DNA of 64,000 bases, from positions 104,904,001 through 104,968,000 of the forward strand of contig OX597818.1 in NCBI GenBank assembly GCA_951406725.2. The letters run 5' to 3'. This stretch comes from Octopus vulgaris. Lineage: Eukaryota. Shown one piece after another: positions 1 to 13,842 of the stretch (position 1 is its first letter; every line of letters begins with the position of its first letter). Below the pieces are notes generated by a model. That model worked only from the letters and a program-made list of their open reading frames with translations. It made no database searches and was not told where the DNA came from. The translations under genes and the position numbers were made by a program.

Positions 1-324
1 ATATTACTTTGTAACATATATAAAGAACTCGGTAATAACAAGAATGTATATTTGGCAAAGCAATGAATAAAACTTTTGTTGAAATGTATAGTACTTAAGG
101 AAATGAACCATATAATAATGAGATTAGAAAGATCTTAAAAATATAACGAAATATTTTTCCTGGAAAGCATCTTAGTGAAGAGCTCAATAAAAATAAAGAA
201 AACATCTACATTTGATATATTTTCTTTCTTTATTTATAATGAAATATAATGAACTAAAACTAATTGACACCCGAAGTCAGAGTGACATGTATGCCTATAT
301 ATATGTATATATGTTTGTGTGTGT

Positions 325-618
325 GTTACTGACACTCCGTCGGTTACGACGAAGGTTCCCGCCAGCTCGTGAAACTGACACACAAGTGGATGAGTGCTCT
401 GCAGGCACGCGTACTCTTAGCGTAGTTCTCAGGGAGGTTCAATAAGACAAGGCTGGCTCTTTGAAAAACAGGCACTACGCATGTTTACCAGACGAGTGGA
501 CTGCACCAACGTAAAATAATGTGTCTGGCTCAAAGAACAAAATGCATTGCCAAGGATCGAACACGCGATCTTACTATCGTGAACTGAGTATCCTAACCAT
601 TAAGCCACGCTCTTTCAC
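325..618 (-). mobile_element. tRNA-derived SINE, degraded
   Basis: Minus strand begins with a tRNA-like head (gagcgtggcttaatggttagg...gtgttcgatcc, A/B-box-like), followed by a body resembling copies at ~28250 and ~45143. Confidence 0.65.
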
Positions 619-627
619 TAAATACAC

Positions 628-665
<38 letters not shown>

Positions 666-671
666 GTTTAA

Positions 672-1474
672 TATTCTTTTCTACAATAGGCACAAGGCCC
701 GAAATTTTGGTGAAGGGGTCCAGTCGATTAGATCGACCCCAGTACGCAACTAATACTTAATTTATCGACTCCGAAAGGATGAAAGGCAAAGTCGACCTCG
801 GCGGAATTTGAGCTCAGAACACAAAGACAGTCGAAATACCCATTTCTTTACTACCCACAAGGGACTACACACGGAGAGGACAAACAAGGACAGACAAACG
901 GATTAAGTCAATTATATCGAACCAATGCGTAACTGGTACTTAATTTATCGACCCGGAAAGAATGGAAAGCAAAGTCGACCTCGGCGGGATTTGAACTCAG
1001 AACGTAACGGCAGACGAAATACGGCTACGCATTTCGCCCGGCGTGCTAACGTTTCTTATTTCTTTATTGCCCACAACGGGCTAAACATACAGGGGACAAA
1101 CAAGGACAGACAAACGGATTAAGTCGATTATATCGACCCCAGTGCGTAACTGGTACTTAATTTATCGACCCCGAAAGGATTAAAAGCAAAGTCGACCTCG
1201 GCGGAATTTGAGCTCAGAACGCAAAGACAGCCGAAATACTTATTTCTTTACTACCCACAAGGGGCTAAACACAGAGAGGACAAACAATTTCAGACAAACG
1301 GATTAAGTCGATTATATCGACACCAGTGCGTAATTGGTACTTAATTTATCGACCCCGAAAGGATGAAAGGCAAAGTCGACCTCGGCGGAATTTGAACTCA
1401 GAACGTAACGGCAGACGAAATACCGCTGAGCATCTCGCCCGGCGCGCTAACGTTTCTGCCAGCTCGCCGCCTTA
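672..1474 (-). mobile_element. Concatemeric SINE array (4 core units, ~184-217 bp)
   Basis: gtcgacctcggcgg recurs at 791, 974, 1191 and 1375. SINE head (rc aggcggcgagctggcagaaacgttagc) ends at ~1474. Confidence 0.85.
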
Positions 1475-2537
1475 CGTAAGTTTTATATTGACTTCAATCT
1501 TTTCAGTATGAATCCACTTGGAACCAAATGATTATGCGTCATAAATTACACCAGATCTGTATAAATGTACCCATGGTTAAATAGTGTGCTAAGAACAGGT
1601 TTTCTTTCTGTGAGTGGTTTTGCGGAATACAATCTATGTATTCATCTGAAGCACTAGAAATTCCTCATACATAAAGATGATCTCATAAACAAACGCAACT
1701 AGTTACTAATTAGGTTGCCCACACAAAAATAATCGAACTTTCATTAAGATCACCTGAATATAGCATTTTTAAAGGATTGTATTTAACATATCTCTTTTCG
1801 TAACCACCCCTGTTTCATTTGCTGTCTCCGCAGCATAGCAATCATCAAATAATAATTGTTATTCGATCTCTAGTAACGCCTATCTATTAAAGTCTATCTG
1901 AAATTCTGTTTTTATGAATTTTGTTTTTAAATTTTATACCTACATTATGACTCGAGGCTTCTTAACTCTGTTTCACTAATGTAATTTGTGAGATGCTGGT
2001 TTTTAATTTCAAAGCTGTTTAAACCAATGAATGTCAATGTTTCCCTTGATGCTAAGCACTTTGATCTTTTATACTCCTTAGGTTCTAATCTAATTCGTCA
2101 TAAACTCCGATTTTGTCTCTAACAATGTTTACACTTTTCTACAGTCCTATGGCTTTATTATTTTTTATTTTTATATTTTCTATCTTTAATTTTATGTTTC
2201 ATATTTTTTATACTCATTTTCTACAACATTTATATTCTTAAAATTCACCAAACCTGTCATTCTAATACTTACATTACCTCATTCTGAAAATTGGTATAAC
2301 CTTTACAAGCTTTACAACATTTTTCAAAATACTTCTTTATAATAGGAAACTTTGTTAAGCGTTAAATTTTATGTTTAAGCCATAGCCTTAAATCCAAGCT
2401 TTAACACTTAAGCTTTAATATTTAGACTTTAAATAACAACTTAAACTATTAAGGTGGCGAGCTGGCAGCATCGTCAGCACACGTTGAAAGTCAACAAAGT
2501 TTGCTTTAGAAGTTTTGAGATGTATTGAAAGATACAA

Positions 2538-2644
2538 ATAAGGAAATAATTTCATTCTCAAACGCAGGATAATACTAATAGTATAGCATGAACAGGATAA
2601 ACAATTAATAACATTATCCTGCATTTGAGAATAAAATTATTTCC

Positions 2645-2648
<4 letters not shown>
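2538..2648. repeat. 36-bp inverted repeat with 39-nt spacer
   Basis: ataaggaaataatttcattctcaaacgcaggataat (2538-2573) vs attatcctgcatttgagaataaaattatttccttat (2613-2648); 2 mismatches. Confidence 0.85.
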
Positions 2649-2713
<65 letters not shown>

Positions 2714-2714
<1 letters not shown>

Positions 2715-3111
2715 TAGCAGTATCGCCCGGCGTTGCTCGGGTTTGTAAGGGAAATAACTATATAAGCATTTTAGAGATGTAAAGTATAATAGCCATCTCA
2801 ATATGGCTAACCACAAGGGGGGGGTGTTACTGTAGCTTTTTACGTTCTGAGATTTAATAATACATTTTTAGAGAGTTACTTCCCTTATATGATAGCAAAA
2901 AAAATGCATTAAAAATGGGAAAAAATGATGGTAATTTTTTTTTTTTTAATCGTAGACTTATCGTAGACGCGCGCTAATACCCAGAAGGGCTCGATATGAA
3001 TCACGACTATAAGATACCCGCTTTTGATTACACTGCACCGCAAAATGTGTGAGTAGTTAGGAATCTAAATCGTAGGAGACAGACACACAACTTCACTTTT
3101 ATATATAAAGA
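2714..3111 (-). mobile_element. Non-autonomous Helitron
   Basis: On the minus strand: 5' TC(tttatatataaaag), subterminal hairpin cccgagcaacgccggg (2726-2741), 3' CTAG; inserted between A and T. Confidence 0.8.
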
Positions 3112-3137
3112 TATCTATCTATCTATCTATCTATCTA

Positions 3138-3168
<31 letters not shown>

Positions 3169-3499
3169 GAAGACATTTGGCCAAGGTTCCACGCATTGGA
3201 ACTGAACCCGGAACCATGTGGTTGGGAAGAAAGCTTCTTGCCACACAGCCACGCCTCGCCTATATTTATGGATGAATAACAAAAAGTATTTTTTTATATT
3301 TATCCCAGACTAGTCTTTTCTGCGGATTGCATTTTATACTGTAAACATCATGTTGCGATGAAAGACGGTAGTGTCATGACATTTTTGGACAGCTGCTGAT
3401 CATATGCATAATATCTTCAAAAGATGAGTGATAACATTAACATTCACGGTTATTTCATCGTCTCTTCTGTTCATTAGATATTTCGTAGCTATCTCTTGC

Positions 3500-4015
3500 T
3501 CTCCGATTGCAAAAACATTTGAAATCTAATGTGATGTAATGGCCACCATTTCAAGAAAGACTACATTTCGTTTTGACATTATCGTCCATCTAATGTTTGC
3601 GGGAAACATAACCATGCTGAGTGTTTCTCTTTCAGATCTTTACTGAAATATGCCAATGTATTTTTGTATTCCCATAGGAGGTCATTAGGAAATGAATGCT
3701 TCATGGGGTGTTTGCTACCAACCGGTAGGATGTTATTCACTTCACGTTTGAACACTTCGGTGGTGTATTATTTTTATTGCCGTTCCTAATCACCGTGATT
3801 ATTGCCGTGATTCTATACAAAACTCAAAGGCCGTCTACACTCCGTTTTTTGTTTTTTTTTTGTGCTAGAGTCTATGAGCCTGTTGATATCACATCTTCGG
3901 TGGAAGTTTATAACTATCAGGATGATTTTAAGGCTTTTAATGTCATGGATTTCCTCTATAAAGCAGTTAAGTATTTCAAATTGTTGGTATCAGGGTTGGT
4001 GCTGCAATTGAAATA
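3500..4015 (-). pseudogene. Possible highly degraded PLE thumb/GIY-YIG fragment
   Basis: Minus-strand fragments resemble EEIxxIK..IL, K-YIG and LExxAI motifs, broken by frameshifts and stops. Weak. Confidence 0.3.
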
Positions 4016-4349
4016 ATGATAGCGTCTTCTAAGACGAATATTCTAAGCTCTATATCTTCTTTTAATTTATTTTATTCTTTAATTATTCTACCTTTCTTTC
4101 CCAATATCCTTGTATGGATATATTTTCAGTAATAACCAGGTATCAGTAGCACCCATTGCGTGGAAGAGGAGAAACAGAGAGACCATTTATGCAGAGTTCT
4201 CTCTGTCTCAATTGCCAAATATGACCATTTCTTTTGATCAAATTTCATTCCTCTGTGTGAGTGTGTATATGTGTGCGCGCACGCTTGTGTATGTGTGTGC
4301 TTATATGTGTATGCATGTATAGATATACATTGTATATGTGTATGCATGT

Positions 4350-4403
<54 letters not shown>

Positions 4404-4407
<4 letters not shown>

Positions 4408-4545
4408 AGAGTTTACGAAAAAAACAAAAGACGAAGAAGACAGGTGGTGTACAAAACAAACAGGTGTAATAGTATAACGCTCAGGAATAGAAAATATCTT
4501 TTACGTTTCGAGCCTACGCTCGTCTACAGAAAAGGAGAGAAAAAA
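4404..4545 (-). mobile_element. Short (TA)n-associated repeat carrying a hammerhead-like motif
   Basis: Homologous to 26780-26945 (-) and 47520-47700 (+); contains rc CTGTAGAC-GAGC-GTAG-GCTC-GAAA-CG-TA. Confidence 0.7.
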
Positions 4546-4960
4546 TGTTCTATATATGCATATATATATATATATATACACATACATACATACATACATA
4601 CATACATACATACATACATACATACATACATACATACATACTTACTTATTCATATAAATATATTACCATTTGCAACTCGCAAACAAAAGAGAAACATGTA
4701 GATTTATGCTACTTATTGTGTATTTTATTCATCTTGCTAAGGCCTAGTGGGTAGGTGACTCATCTTTAACCAATCATAAAATCGATTGACCTAGCAACAC
4801 TAAGATTACCTTTTCCATAACAAAGTTGTCGAATTGACGAAACCATAGTTTAGAGCATTAGAAAACGACCAAGATAACAGAGGATGAATCTTATTGTTTA
4901 ATCTCTCCTTTCAGCTCCCGAGCAATCTATCCGTCACTTCACCTGTATATATATGTACAA

Positions 4961-5046
<86 letters not shown>

Positions 5047-6944
5047 CAATCACAAGAAAGGAAAGAGAAATACGCGTATCAGTTTGTTTGTGTGCGTGTG
5101 CGGTGTATGTGCAGGTCTTTTTCCTGCGTGTGTGTACATCGTGTACTTGTATTTGTTATTGCCACTATCAAGTTAATCTAGACAATGTCCAGCCACTCGT
5201 TCATAGATTTCTATTATCAGTTTCCAGCATCCAATCATTTGTCAACATTACCCATTAACATGTTAACACAGTATGGCTATGATTTAGATTACGGTTGGCT
5301 TTCAAATCTTAGCAACTTGATCAAATCACAAATCTTTCTCTCTCTCTCTCTCTCCGTGTTCTAATATTAGAAAGCAACTACTGGCAGAAATTGAACAGAT
5401 TTCTTCTATTGAAAATCAAATAGGAGTCGTGCATAGCAGCATGTTTTCAGGAAATAAAGAAAATTGTTACCAAAAATTCTTTGTCATTAAAGAAATATTA
5501 TTCAGTTGTTCATTCGAACAAAATTTGCTATCCTCGTGACGTTTACGATGTGATAGATGGAAGGCAATTTCCGGGCATGCGCTATATTGAAACTGAAACA
5601 GTTTAAAAGCCGCATCCGTATTTTCTGCCAGACGCCATTTTGTATTCGACAGAAAATACATAGATGGGGAGTAAAAAGAGAAAACAAAAAAAGAAAAGCA
5701 AATAGAATTTTTTAAAAAATGCTTCTAAAACGTATAGAGCAAAAGACGAACGTAGAAAAAGAAACTGTTTTGATCAAAATTCTACAATAGATCACAGTGA
5801 GAGATAAACATTTTTATCTAACGGGCACGATATAAAACATGCTTGTTAATTTAGTTTTTTTATGTTTTTGTTTTTTTTTTCTTTTTGTGGTGAGGGGGTA
5901 TCTTCTTGGTGTATGCTTTTTTTTATTTTTATTTTCCTGTTTTTGTGTGCATATTCATCTAATAAATGAGAAAAATCAACTTCTCATTTAAGAAACTGTG
6001 ATTAAATTCGATCAGCCAAAGAATGACTGTGGCTAGGTAGTAGACAATAATTACGTGATAACTAAATGGCGGACTAAACACAAATACACATTCACACACA
6101 CACATGCGCATACGTAGATTTTTTTGTTTGTTTAGCGGAGGAAACAAAAATGCTGTATTGTTATATATTTAGATCTTTATTCATTGGTTCTTGTGTATTA
6201 CACGAAAGTATGTGGCAGAGATGAGGCACTCTGTCGTCGTAGTTGCTGTTTTAATATTTAGTTTTATATCTTCGTGTTCTCAGTTCAAACCCAGTCGAAT
6301 CTCACTTGCCCCGTTTTTTGTTTTTTTTTTCCTGTTTTTTTTTTTTTTAATTTCTTGCAGACCGATAAAATATTACCGATTAAGATGTTTTATAGCATTA
6401 GTGTTTTGTCTTTTACTTTTCTCAGTCATTGAACTGCGGCTATGCTGGAGTACCGCCTTAAATGGGTTAGGCGAACACATTAATCCCAGTACTTCTCTTA
6501 GAGTTTGGTACTTATTACATAGGAATTTTCACCAAAGCGCTAAGTTGTGTGAACGTAAACAAACCAACACCGGTTTTCAAGTGGTGCAGGGGACAAACAA
6601 AAACACATACACGCACACATTTACATTTACATAATAAAAATAGATGTCCGGCGCGGGGGGGCGTGTCCGTCAACATGAAGAAAAACTACAGCATGGATAT
6701 AAAAACTAAAAGCTAATTCTTGTGTAAAATTTCACGATGAAGACAATGGAATTGGCTCTCGAGTCTCTAGCGGCCCGCCAAAGAAAGCTGCTGGCCCTTT
6801 TCCAACATGTACAAAATTGCATCTCAAAAATAAATGAAGGATCTAAGAGATATAATTTTTATATGCCACTACCAAATTAACAATATATAAATGAAGGGTT
6901 TAAGGGTATCAGTTTTTTATCGGATTAACATACCACTTTTCTTT

Positions 6945-8430
6945 TTATCGGTTTCAGCTCAAAGATGTGGCCATGCTGAAGCATCGCCGTTTTACAACAC
7001 TGCTATTATTGAGAGCCGTGTCTGATATCTAGCATTTGGTGAATAAGGGAGTTTGATGTCGTTGTCCTCATTTGCGCCTCCTGCCGTGAGGTAGGTTCAC
7101 CTGGGACTCTCGACAGGAAAACATCTAGTTTTGTTTTGAAAGCACTTACGTCCACTTTGAGCAGTTCCCTCAGGCTCTTTAAAAGAATACTAAAAAGCTA
7201 TGGGCCCTTGAAACCCAGGCTGTTGCAGTAATTGGTCCTGAAGAGCGACAGATTTGTTGGGATCCTTGGCATTGTGCAGTGACGACCTGTTTTGGCATTT
7301 GTGTAGCTTTCAATGCCAAAATTTGGCACAATCCCATCCATGATCTTCCAGATGTATATTACTGCATATCTCTCTCACCTTCGCTCCAGGGAGTAGAGTC
7401 TTAGCTGTTTCAGCCTATCCCAGAAGCTGAACTGTTGCAAAGAGACGATCTTCCTTATGAAGCTGCGCTGGATTGCTTCAAGGTCCGCTGTTAATTTTAC
7501 ACTGTTGGGTGACCATAGCTGGGAGCAGTAATGTCCTCCAGAGAACCAGCATGGTTTTGAAGATTCTCAGGATCCAGCCAGCCAGCCGTCTGCACTTTGT
7601 CGCCATTTTGGTAATGTGCACTTGGAAAGAGTTATCATCACTCATGTAGATACCCAGGTCACGCACTGGTTCTGGGATCGTAAAGCCCGCTGCGCCAGTA
7701 TACCCAGTAAGTTTTTCGTTCAATTTTGGGTACTGGTAGCGCAGGGCTTGGAATTTTCCGGCATTAAACTACATATTATTGTCCTCAGCTTATTTGTAAA
7801 TTGCGTTCAACTCCTGCTGCAGGCGTGCAACATCGCTTGGGTTTTGTATTTTCTGCGAGACTTTCGTGTCGTCTGCATAGCTAGCAAGGGTGGTTATCTG
7901 GGCAGCTGATGGCATAGCTGGAAGGACCACTATGAAAAGCAATGGTCCTAAGACAGTGCCCTGTAGAACACCACTTCCTATTCGTGTTTCCTTTGTGGTG
8001 GTTCCATTGGCCACCACTGCCTGACTTTTGCCTTTCAGAAAGTAATGTAACCACTCTTCAAGTTTTCCAGCTATGCCAAACTCGCGCAGTTTGTGGACTA
8101 TCATACAATGATCAACTTTATCAAAATCTTTTGCAAAGTCAGGGTATATTGTGTCCACATTTGAGTTGTCGAGTAAACTGCTTCAACACCCAATCACAGT
8201 GTTGTAGGAGCTGTGTCGGGCAGCTCCTAGCTGGTCGAAAACCATGCTGGGTATCACTCAACAAGTCGTTTTCTTCAAGGAATGCGATTAGTTTCCCTCT
8301 GACTATTTGTTCTATATGTTTGCTGATGTGTGAAGTCAAGGAGATAGGCCTATAATTTTTGACATCTGCTCTGCTTCCTCCTTTACGGATTGTGCATATT
8401 CTTCTCTCCTTCAGTTTGCTTAGCAGCCTG
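6945..8430 (-). mobile_element. 5'-truncated CR1/L2-like LINE (RT pseudogene plus 3' tail)
   Basis: Frameshifted ORFs contain QHGFRPARSC, DFAKDFDKVDH, GVLQGTVLGPLLF, YADDTK and VRDLGIYM; 3' tail rc ggcgatgcttcagcatggccaca..gctgaaac. Confidence 0.9.
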
Positions 8431-9059
8431 CCATTTGCAAGAAAACTCTGGAAGGGAATCTGCAGTGGTTTTGCCAGGGCACGTTTTCACTTGAGGAGGA
8501 TTGCTGGGAAACCAAATTAAACCGCATTGAAAATAAATAACCCGCTTAAGGGACATAGGTTTTATAGGATTATATTTCTTCATTTTATTTCAAAATAGGT
8601 GGGACACTCTTTTGTAGGTATGTCATAAGTGTAATATAACGACACAGATAATAACATGTGTGTGGGGTGTATAACTGTAATAAACTCCATTACTTCATAT
8701 TAATAAGTATTATCTTGCCTTCGTTCTATATTTATATCTGTAGAAGATCAGTTTTCTTTTTTTCGCTGCCTACCTTCAGAATAGAAACAGTAACTTAGAT
8801 TTCACTCCAAGATTTTTCCTTTGTTTCACGTATTCCACATCAGAATTTATGAGGTCAGCTGTCATTTTCCTATATCACTTCAGCATATTTGTACAACTTT
8901 TCATTCGAAAATACCCATTTTCTCTCAACATAGAAAGAAACAAATTCGGTGGAGCACTCTTCTATAGGTATGCCATATGTGTAATATAACGACGCACACA
9001 ATAGGATCTGACGTTGAGGATTATCCAAGAATAAAATTATTTGGCTTGACAACCGAAAA

Positions 9060-9435
9060 TGTCTACTCAGTGCATCGAGCTTTTTGAAGCTGCCTCTTCA
9101 TGAAATAAGAAGACCGACTTTCTTCCCTTTACTGAGAACGATTGATGGTCAAACTGTTCGTACTTATAGAGAAGCCTGTTTAACCTTAAATTTGTTAGAA
9201 GATGACAATCAGTGAGATAGAACAATGGCTGAGGTTTCAGTGTTACGCAGACATATTTCTTTCAGAGATCTTTTTTGTAATTCTTCTCCTGAATTGTGAA
9301 GTAAGTAATCCATTAGCGTTGTGGCACAAATATAAGAATGATTTATTAGAGGACTACAAATCTCAAGCACAGTCAAGATTCCCTGAGAATTAAATAGCAT
9401 TCAACGATGACATATATAATTCTGCATTGGTTGAT
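9060..9435 (+). pseudogene. Helitron Rep/Hel linker fragment
   Basis: LRTIDGQTVRTYREACLTLNLLEDD and LLNCEVSNPLALWHKYKNDLLEDY are typical of the region upstream of the Helitron PIF1 helicase. Confidence 0.8.
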
Positions 9436-9444
9436 ATATATATC

Positions 9445-9750
9445 ACCGTGATCACCGTGACCGACCAGGCTATCAGATGTTGTTACACATCGCTGGTCAC
9501 AATGCGCTTCGCATTGTTTTAGCCTTCAAATGACGCCACCTCGCTGGCTAAGCGAGCAGGCCAACAGAAGAAAGAGTGGGAGAAAGTTGTGGCGAAAGAG
9601 TACAGCAGGGATCACCACCACCTCCTGCCGGAGCCTCGTGGAGAATTAGGTGTTTTCGCTCAATAAACACTCACAACGCCCGGTCTGGGAATCGAAACCG
9701 TGATCCTATAACTGCGAATCCGCTGCCCTAACCACTGGGCCATTGCGCCT

Positions 9751-9753
<3 letters not shown>
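9445..9753 (-). mobile_element. tRNA(Arg-like)-derived SINE nested in the Helitron
   Basis: rc tggaggcgcaatggcccagtggttagggcagcgg...ggtttcgattccc; same family at 18041, 37735 and 41900. Confidence 0.85.
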
Positions 9754-9802
<49 letters not shown>

Positions 9803-10065
9803 GACCCTACAGAGTGACTCAAGAGGCGTGAGTTTCATGTCTTAACACTTACAGAAGTTATATGCGCCAACCCACGAAACACGCGGTCTGAATTATTAAT
9901 ATTAATAAACATTTACACATACTCATATTTCATGTGGTATTTTTCCTGTTTGTATCACCAAACTTATATGCATATAAAGTTTAAGTATGTTTTAGTTTCC
10001 GGATGCCAAGTCCCCTCACAGCACTTGATCGGCTCGGGGCTATAGTGGAAGACACCTACCCATAA

Positions 10066-10800
10066 TATTTTGCAACTTGGAGAAGGAAGGCTAGATATCA
10101 ATCATGAAGGTGACTTGAATCCATCAAAATTCTGCACCTTGGTCAGCTCGGTTGAGGAACATATTGAAAAAGTTTTCTCAAATATAATTTCAAATTACAC
10201 AAATGCTGCCTGGTTGTGCGAAAGAGCAATCATGGCACCGAAGAACGTTACTATGAATAATTTAAGTGAGAGACACGAGAAACTTTTACCAGGAAAAGTA
10301 CATACTTACAAATTTATTGATTCTGTTATGGATGAATCGGAAATAGTCAATTAACCAGTTGAGTTCTTAATCTCACTGCAGCCACCAGGAGCTCCTCCTC
10401 GTTGCTTTCCTTTGAAAATAGGCACTCCAATCATGCTCCTGCGCAACCTTTCTCAGTCAAAGACTTTTTGTCAAGAAATTAATGAGGAATGTCATAGAGG
10501 ACACAATAATTTCTGGCTATGGAAAAGGTGAAGATATTTTTATTCCTCGCTTAGTTCTAATACCTTCCAATATGCCCTTCGAGTTCAAATGACATCAATT
10601 TCCAAAACGCTTGTCTTTTACAATATCCATTAATAAGTCCCAAGGCCAGACTTTTAAAGTTACAGGTTTGCAATTAGATCTGTTTCTCACACAGGGATAT
10701 TATATATTGGGATATCCAGAGTGGATAGCAAGAACAACATTTTCATTTTTGCCCCTAATGATAAAACCCGAAACATTGTCTATAAGGAAGTTTTTTTATC
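10066..10800 (+). pseudogene. Helitron PIF1-like helicase C-terminal fragment
   Basis: [56 protein letters not shown]; stops and frameshifts present. Confidence 0.9.
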
Positions 10801-12509
10801 ATGAGACGAACAAAATAAAATTTGCAGAGTGATTAATAACTTTGAATTATTTTTTCAATGTCACACTATGTTCGTCTAAGAAAAGCTATTTGTATTTTTG
10901 TTTGTTGTAATACTTAAGTTCAATAAATTATAGTACATATGTTTTTAATTTCTCCGAACATTTATTTACTTATCTTATACTAGACAGAAGCCAAAATCTG
11001 TGCGATGTTTACTTCATTTATAGACTGCAATACTATAGATCATAGACCAGAAGGTTATATGCGCCCATGATAATATTGGCCAGAAAAAACAACTCAAACG
11101 TCTACATGAAAGTTAACAACCATTTCTTATATATGTTCAATACAATCTAAGTGAATAACTTTCAATATTCATAGTACAATTTTTGCAGTGTGTTATGGAT
11201 GTGTTTTCGCTAGGAGAGATCTTCGACGATGACGCCTAACATTTGGAGCCATTGTGGAGGCCTCCACTCATGCTTGCGAGGATGCAGTGCGTTGGTGTTT
11301 TCGCGCAACTCCGTTCGATTGTTTCTTTATTGTACAATTATTGTATCAATACTTTGTCGGGCGAATTCGCATGTTTCTACATGTCCTCTGAAGAATACGT
11401 GGGAAGATTCGAGTTCATTGACGAAATGTTGATAGAATTACACCTCCTCTACATTGTACAACATAGAAACGATCGTTATTACAGTAATAATGATTCTTGA
11501 TAACTACATTCTACTGTTGAATGAGTTCCTTCATATTACATTCCACGAATTGTATCATGCTTATATTGGGTCCAAATAGTGTGCATATATATGTGTGTGT
11601 GTGTGTATGTGTGTATGTGTGTATGTGTGTATGACTGTATGTATCTGTGTAAGTGTGTGTGTGTGAGTCAGTTTCTCTTTTCCTCTCTCACACAAATATT
11701 TTTCTCTCTCTTCCTTACCCGTTCTCTTGTCTATTTATCCGGTCCATTTTCTTTGTAATACTTTCTTCTTTTTCTCTTTCACCTCACTTTCAGCACACCC
11801 ACTACTTTCTCCTCCCATATTTCCATTATATAAGAGAAAGACAGAGGCCAGAAAAACAAAAATGAGCACACGTGACTTGGCCTTTTGCAATATTGATATT
11901 TATCTCTGCCTACATTTCCCTTTCACTCCTTTCTTCGTTTTCTTATCCTAGTTCTATCTCTCTCTTCACTCTGTTTTTCTTCGTCTTTCTCTATCTTTTT
12001 CAATCTAATACTTTCTTTTTTTCTGCCTTCAACCTTCTCTTCCTTCATTCTATTTATCATTTATTCTACCACTCCATTCCTTTCCTCTCCTCTTCTTCAC
12101 CTCTTCCCTCTTTCTATATTTATTCTCTATCTGTGTTTGCCTTCTACATTTTTACCCACCATCTGCTCCATGCTTTTTTCCGTCCATTTCTTCTCCTCCT
12201 CCTCCTCCCCTATCTTTCTTCATCTCTTTCTTCCTATATTCATACTTTACCAATCCACATCTTTCTATTGCCGTTTAATATTTTGTTTCTCATAAATTAT
12301 TCTGCGGCTTTATTACACTTTTTCACAACAGTTTCCGTCATTTCTTGTCAATATATGTTCAGTTTACATCCTGATTTTTTATGCCTTATAGCAAAACATA
12401 TATATGTAAAAGAGCGAGTGAGAATGTATGCGTATATACATATGTGTGCGCACATGTTTGTACGTTTATGGGTACGCAGCTTTGCTCAAGTACGTATACA
12501 AATTCATAA

Positions 12510-12574
12510 GCATAAATTCATACATACATACACACATACATATATATGTGCATATATGAATATATATATATATA

Positions 12575-12612
<38 letters not shown>

Positions 12613-12680
12613 AGTATATGTGTGTGCGTGCTTGTATTTGTATATGTGTATGTACATATATGTATGTATATATATATATG

Positions 12681-12738
<58 letters not shown>

Positions 12739-12999
12739 TATATGCATATATACAGATATTGTTATGTTCATATACACATGTATTTACGAACATTTTTATG
12801 TTAGTTACTTATGCAGAAATACACATAAATGTTTTATTAAGAGTATATGTATGTACGTATGTGTATATATACAGACACTCGAATATATACGCACACACAA
12901 ACATATATATATATTTAAAGATATATTTATGGGTTTACAAGTAAACATATCGAAACTTATATACGCATCTATATGCATACATATATATGTGTGTGTGCG

Positions 13000-13056
<57 letters not shown>

Positions 13057-13190
13057 CTGTCTGTCTGTGTGTGTATGTGTGTGTGTGTGTGTATGTGTGA
13101 GTGTATGTGTGCATCTATGTATATACATATATGTATGTATATATGCATATATATATTTAAATATATATATATGTATGCATATATATATAA

Positions 13191-13239
<49 letters not shown>

Positions 13240-13573
13240 TATACATATATACATATATACATATATACACACATTTATACGCATATGTGAGTGGATATAT
13301 GAATGTGTCTGTGTATATGCATACATTTTCCAAGACTTCGTTTAGATAACAATAACCGGCTAATAGCATTTAGCTGATGATATAACATTACCCTGAGAGT
13401 GTTTGTATCCATCTAATTTTGATAACATTATCCATGATTATAATATCGGACTTCCGGTGTGTATATGTATATTGATATGTGTATGTCTATATTAATATTC
13501 TCTCTATGTGTGTGTCTCTATGTGTGTCTATGTATATGCATGTGTGGGTATTTAAACGTTATATGTGTATATA

Positions 13574-13606
<33 letters not shown>

Positions 13607-13792
13607 ACATGCATATATATAAGTATATATACGCAAATCTTCACGCATATACACACATATACACAAGCATCAATGAACTTTTTCGAACACCGTGTATATA
13701 TCTGTGTATATATATACATATATAGATAGATATAGATATATATGAGTGTGTGCGTGTATGTACATATATATATATATATGTATGTATGCATG

Positions 13793-13842
<50 letters not shown>

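Noticed and set aside
672-1474. Regularly spaced repeats superficially like a CRISPR array
   Set aside because: Whole units are homologous (no unique spacers), they are SINE-derived, the context is eukaryotic and there are no cas genes.
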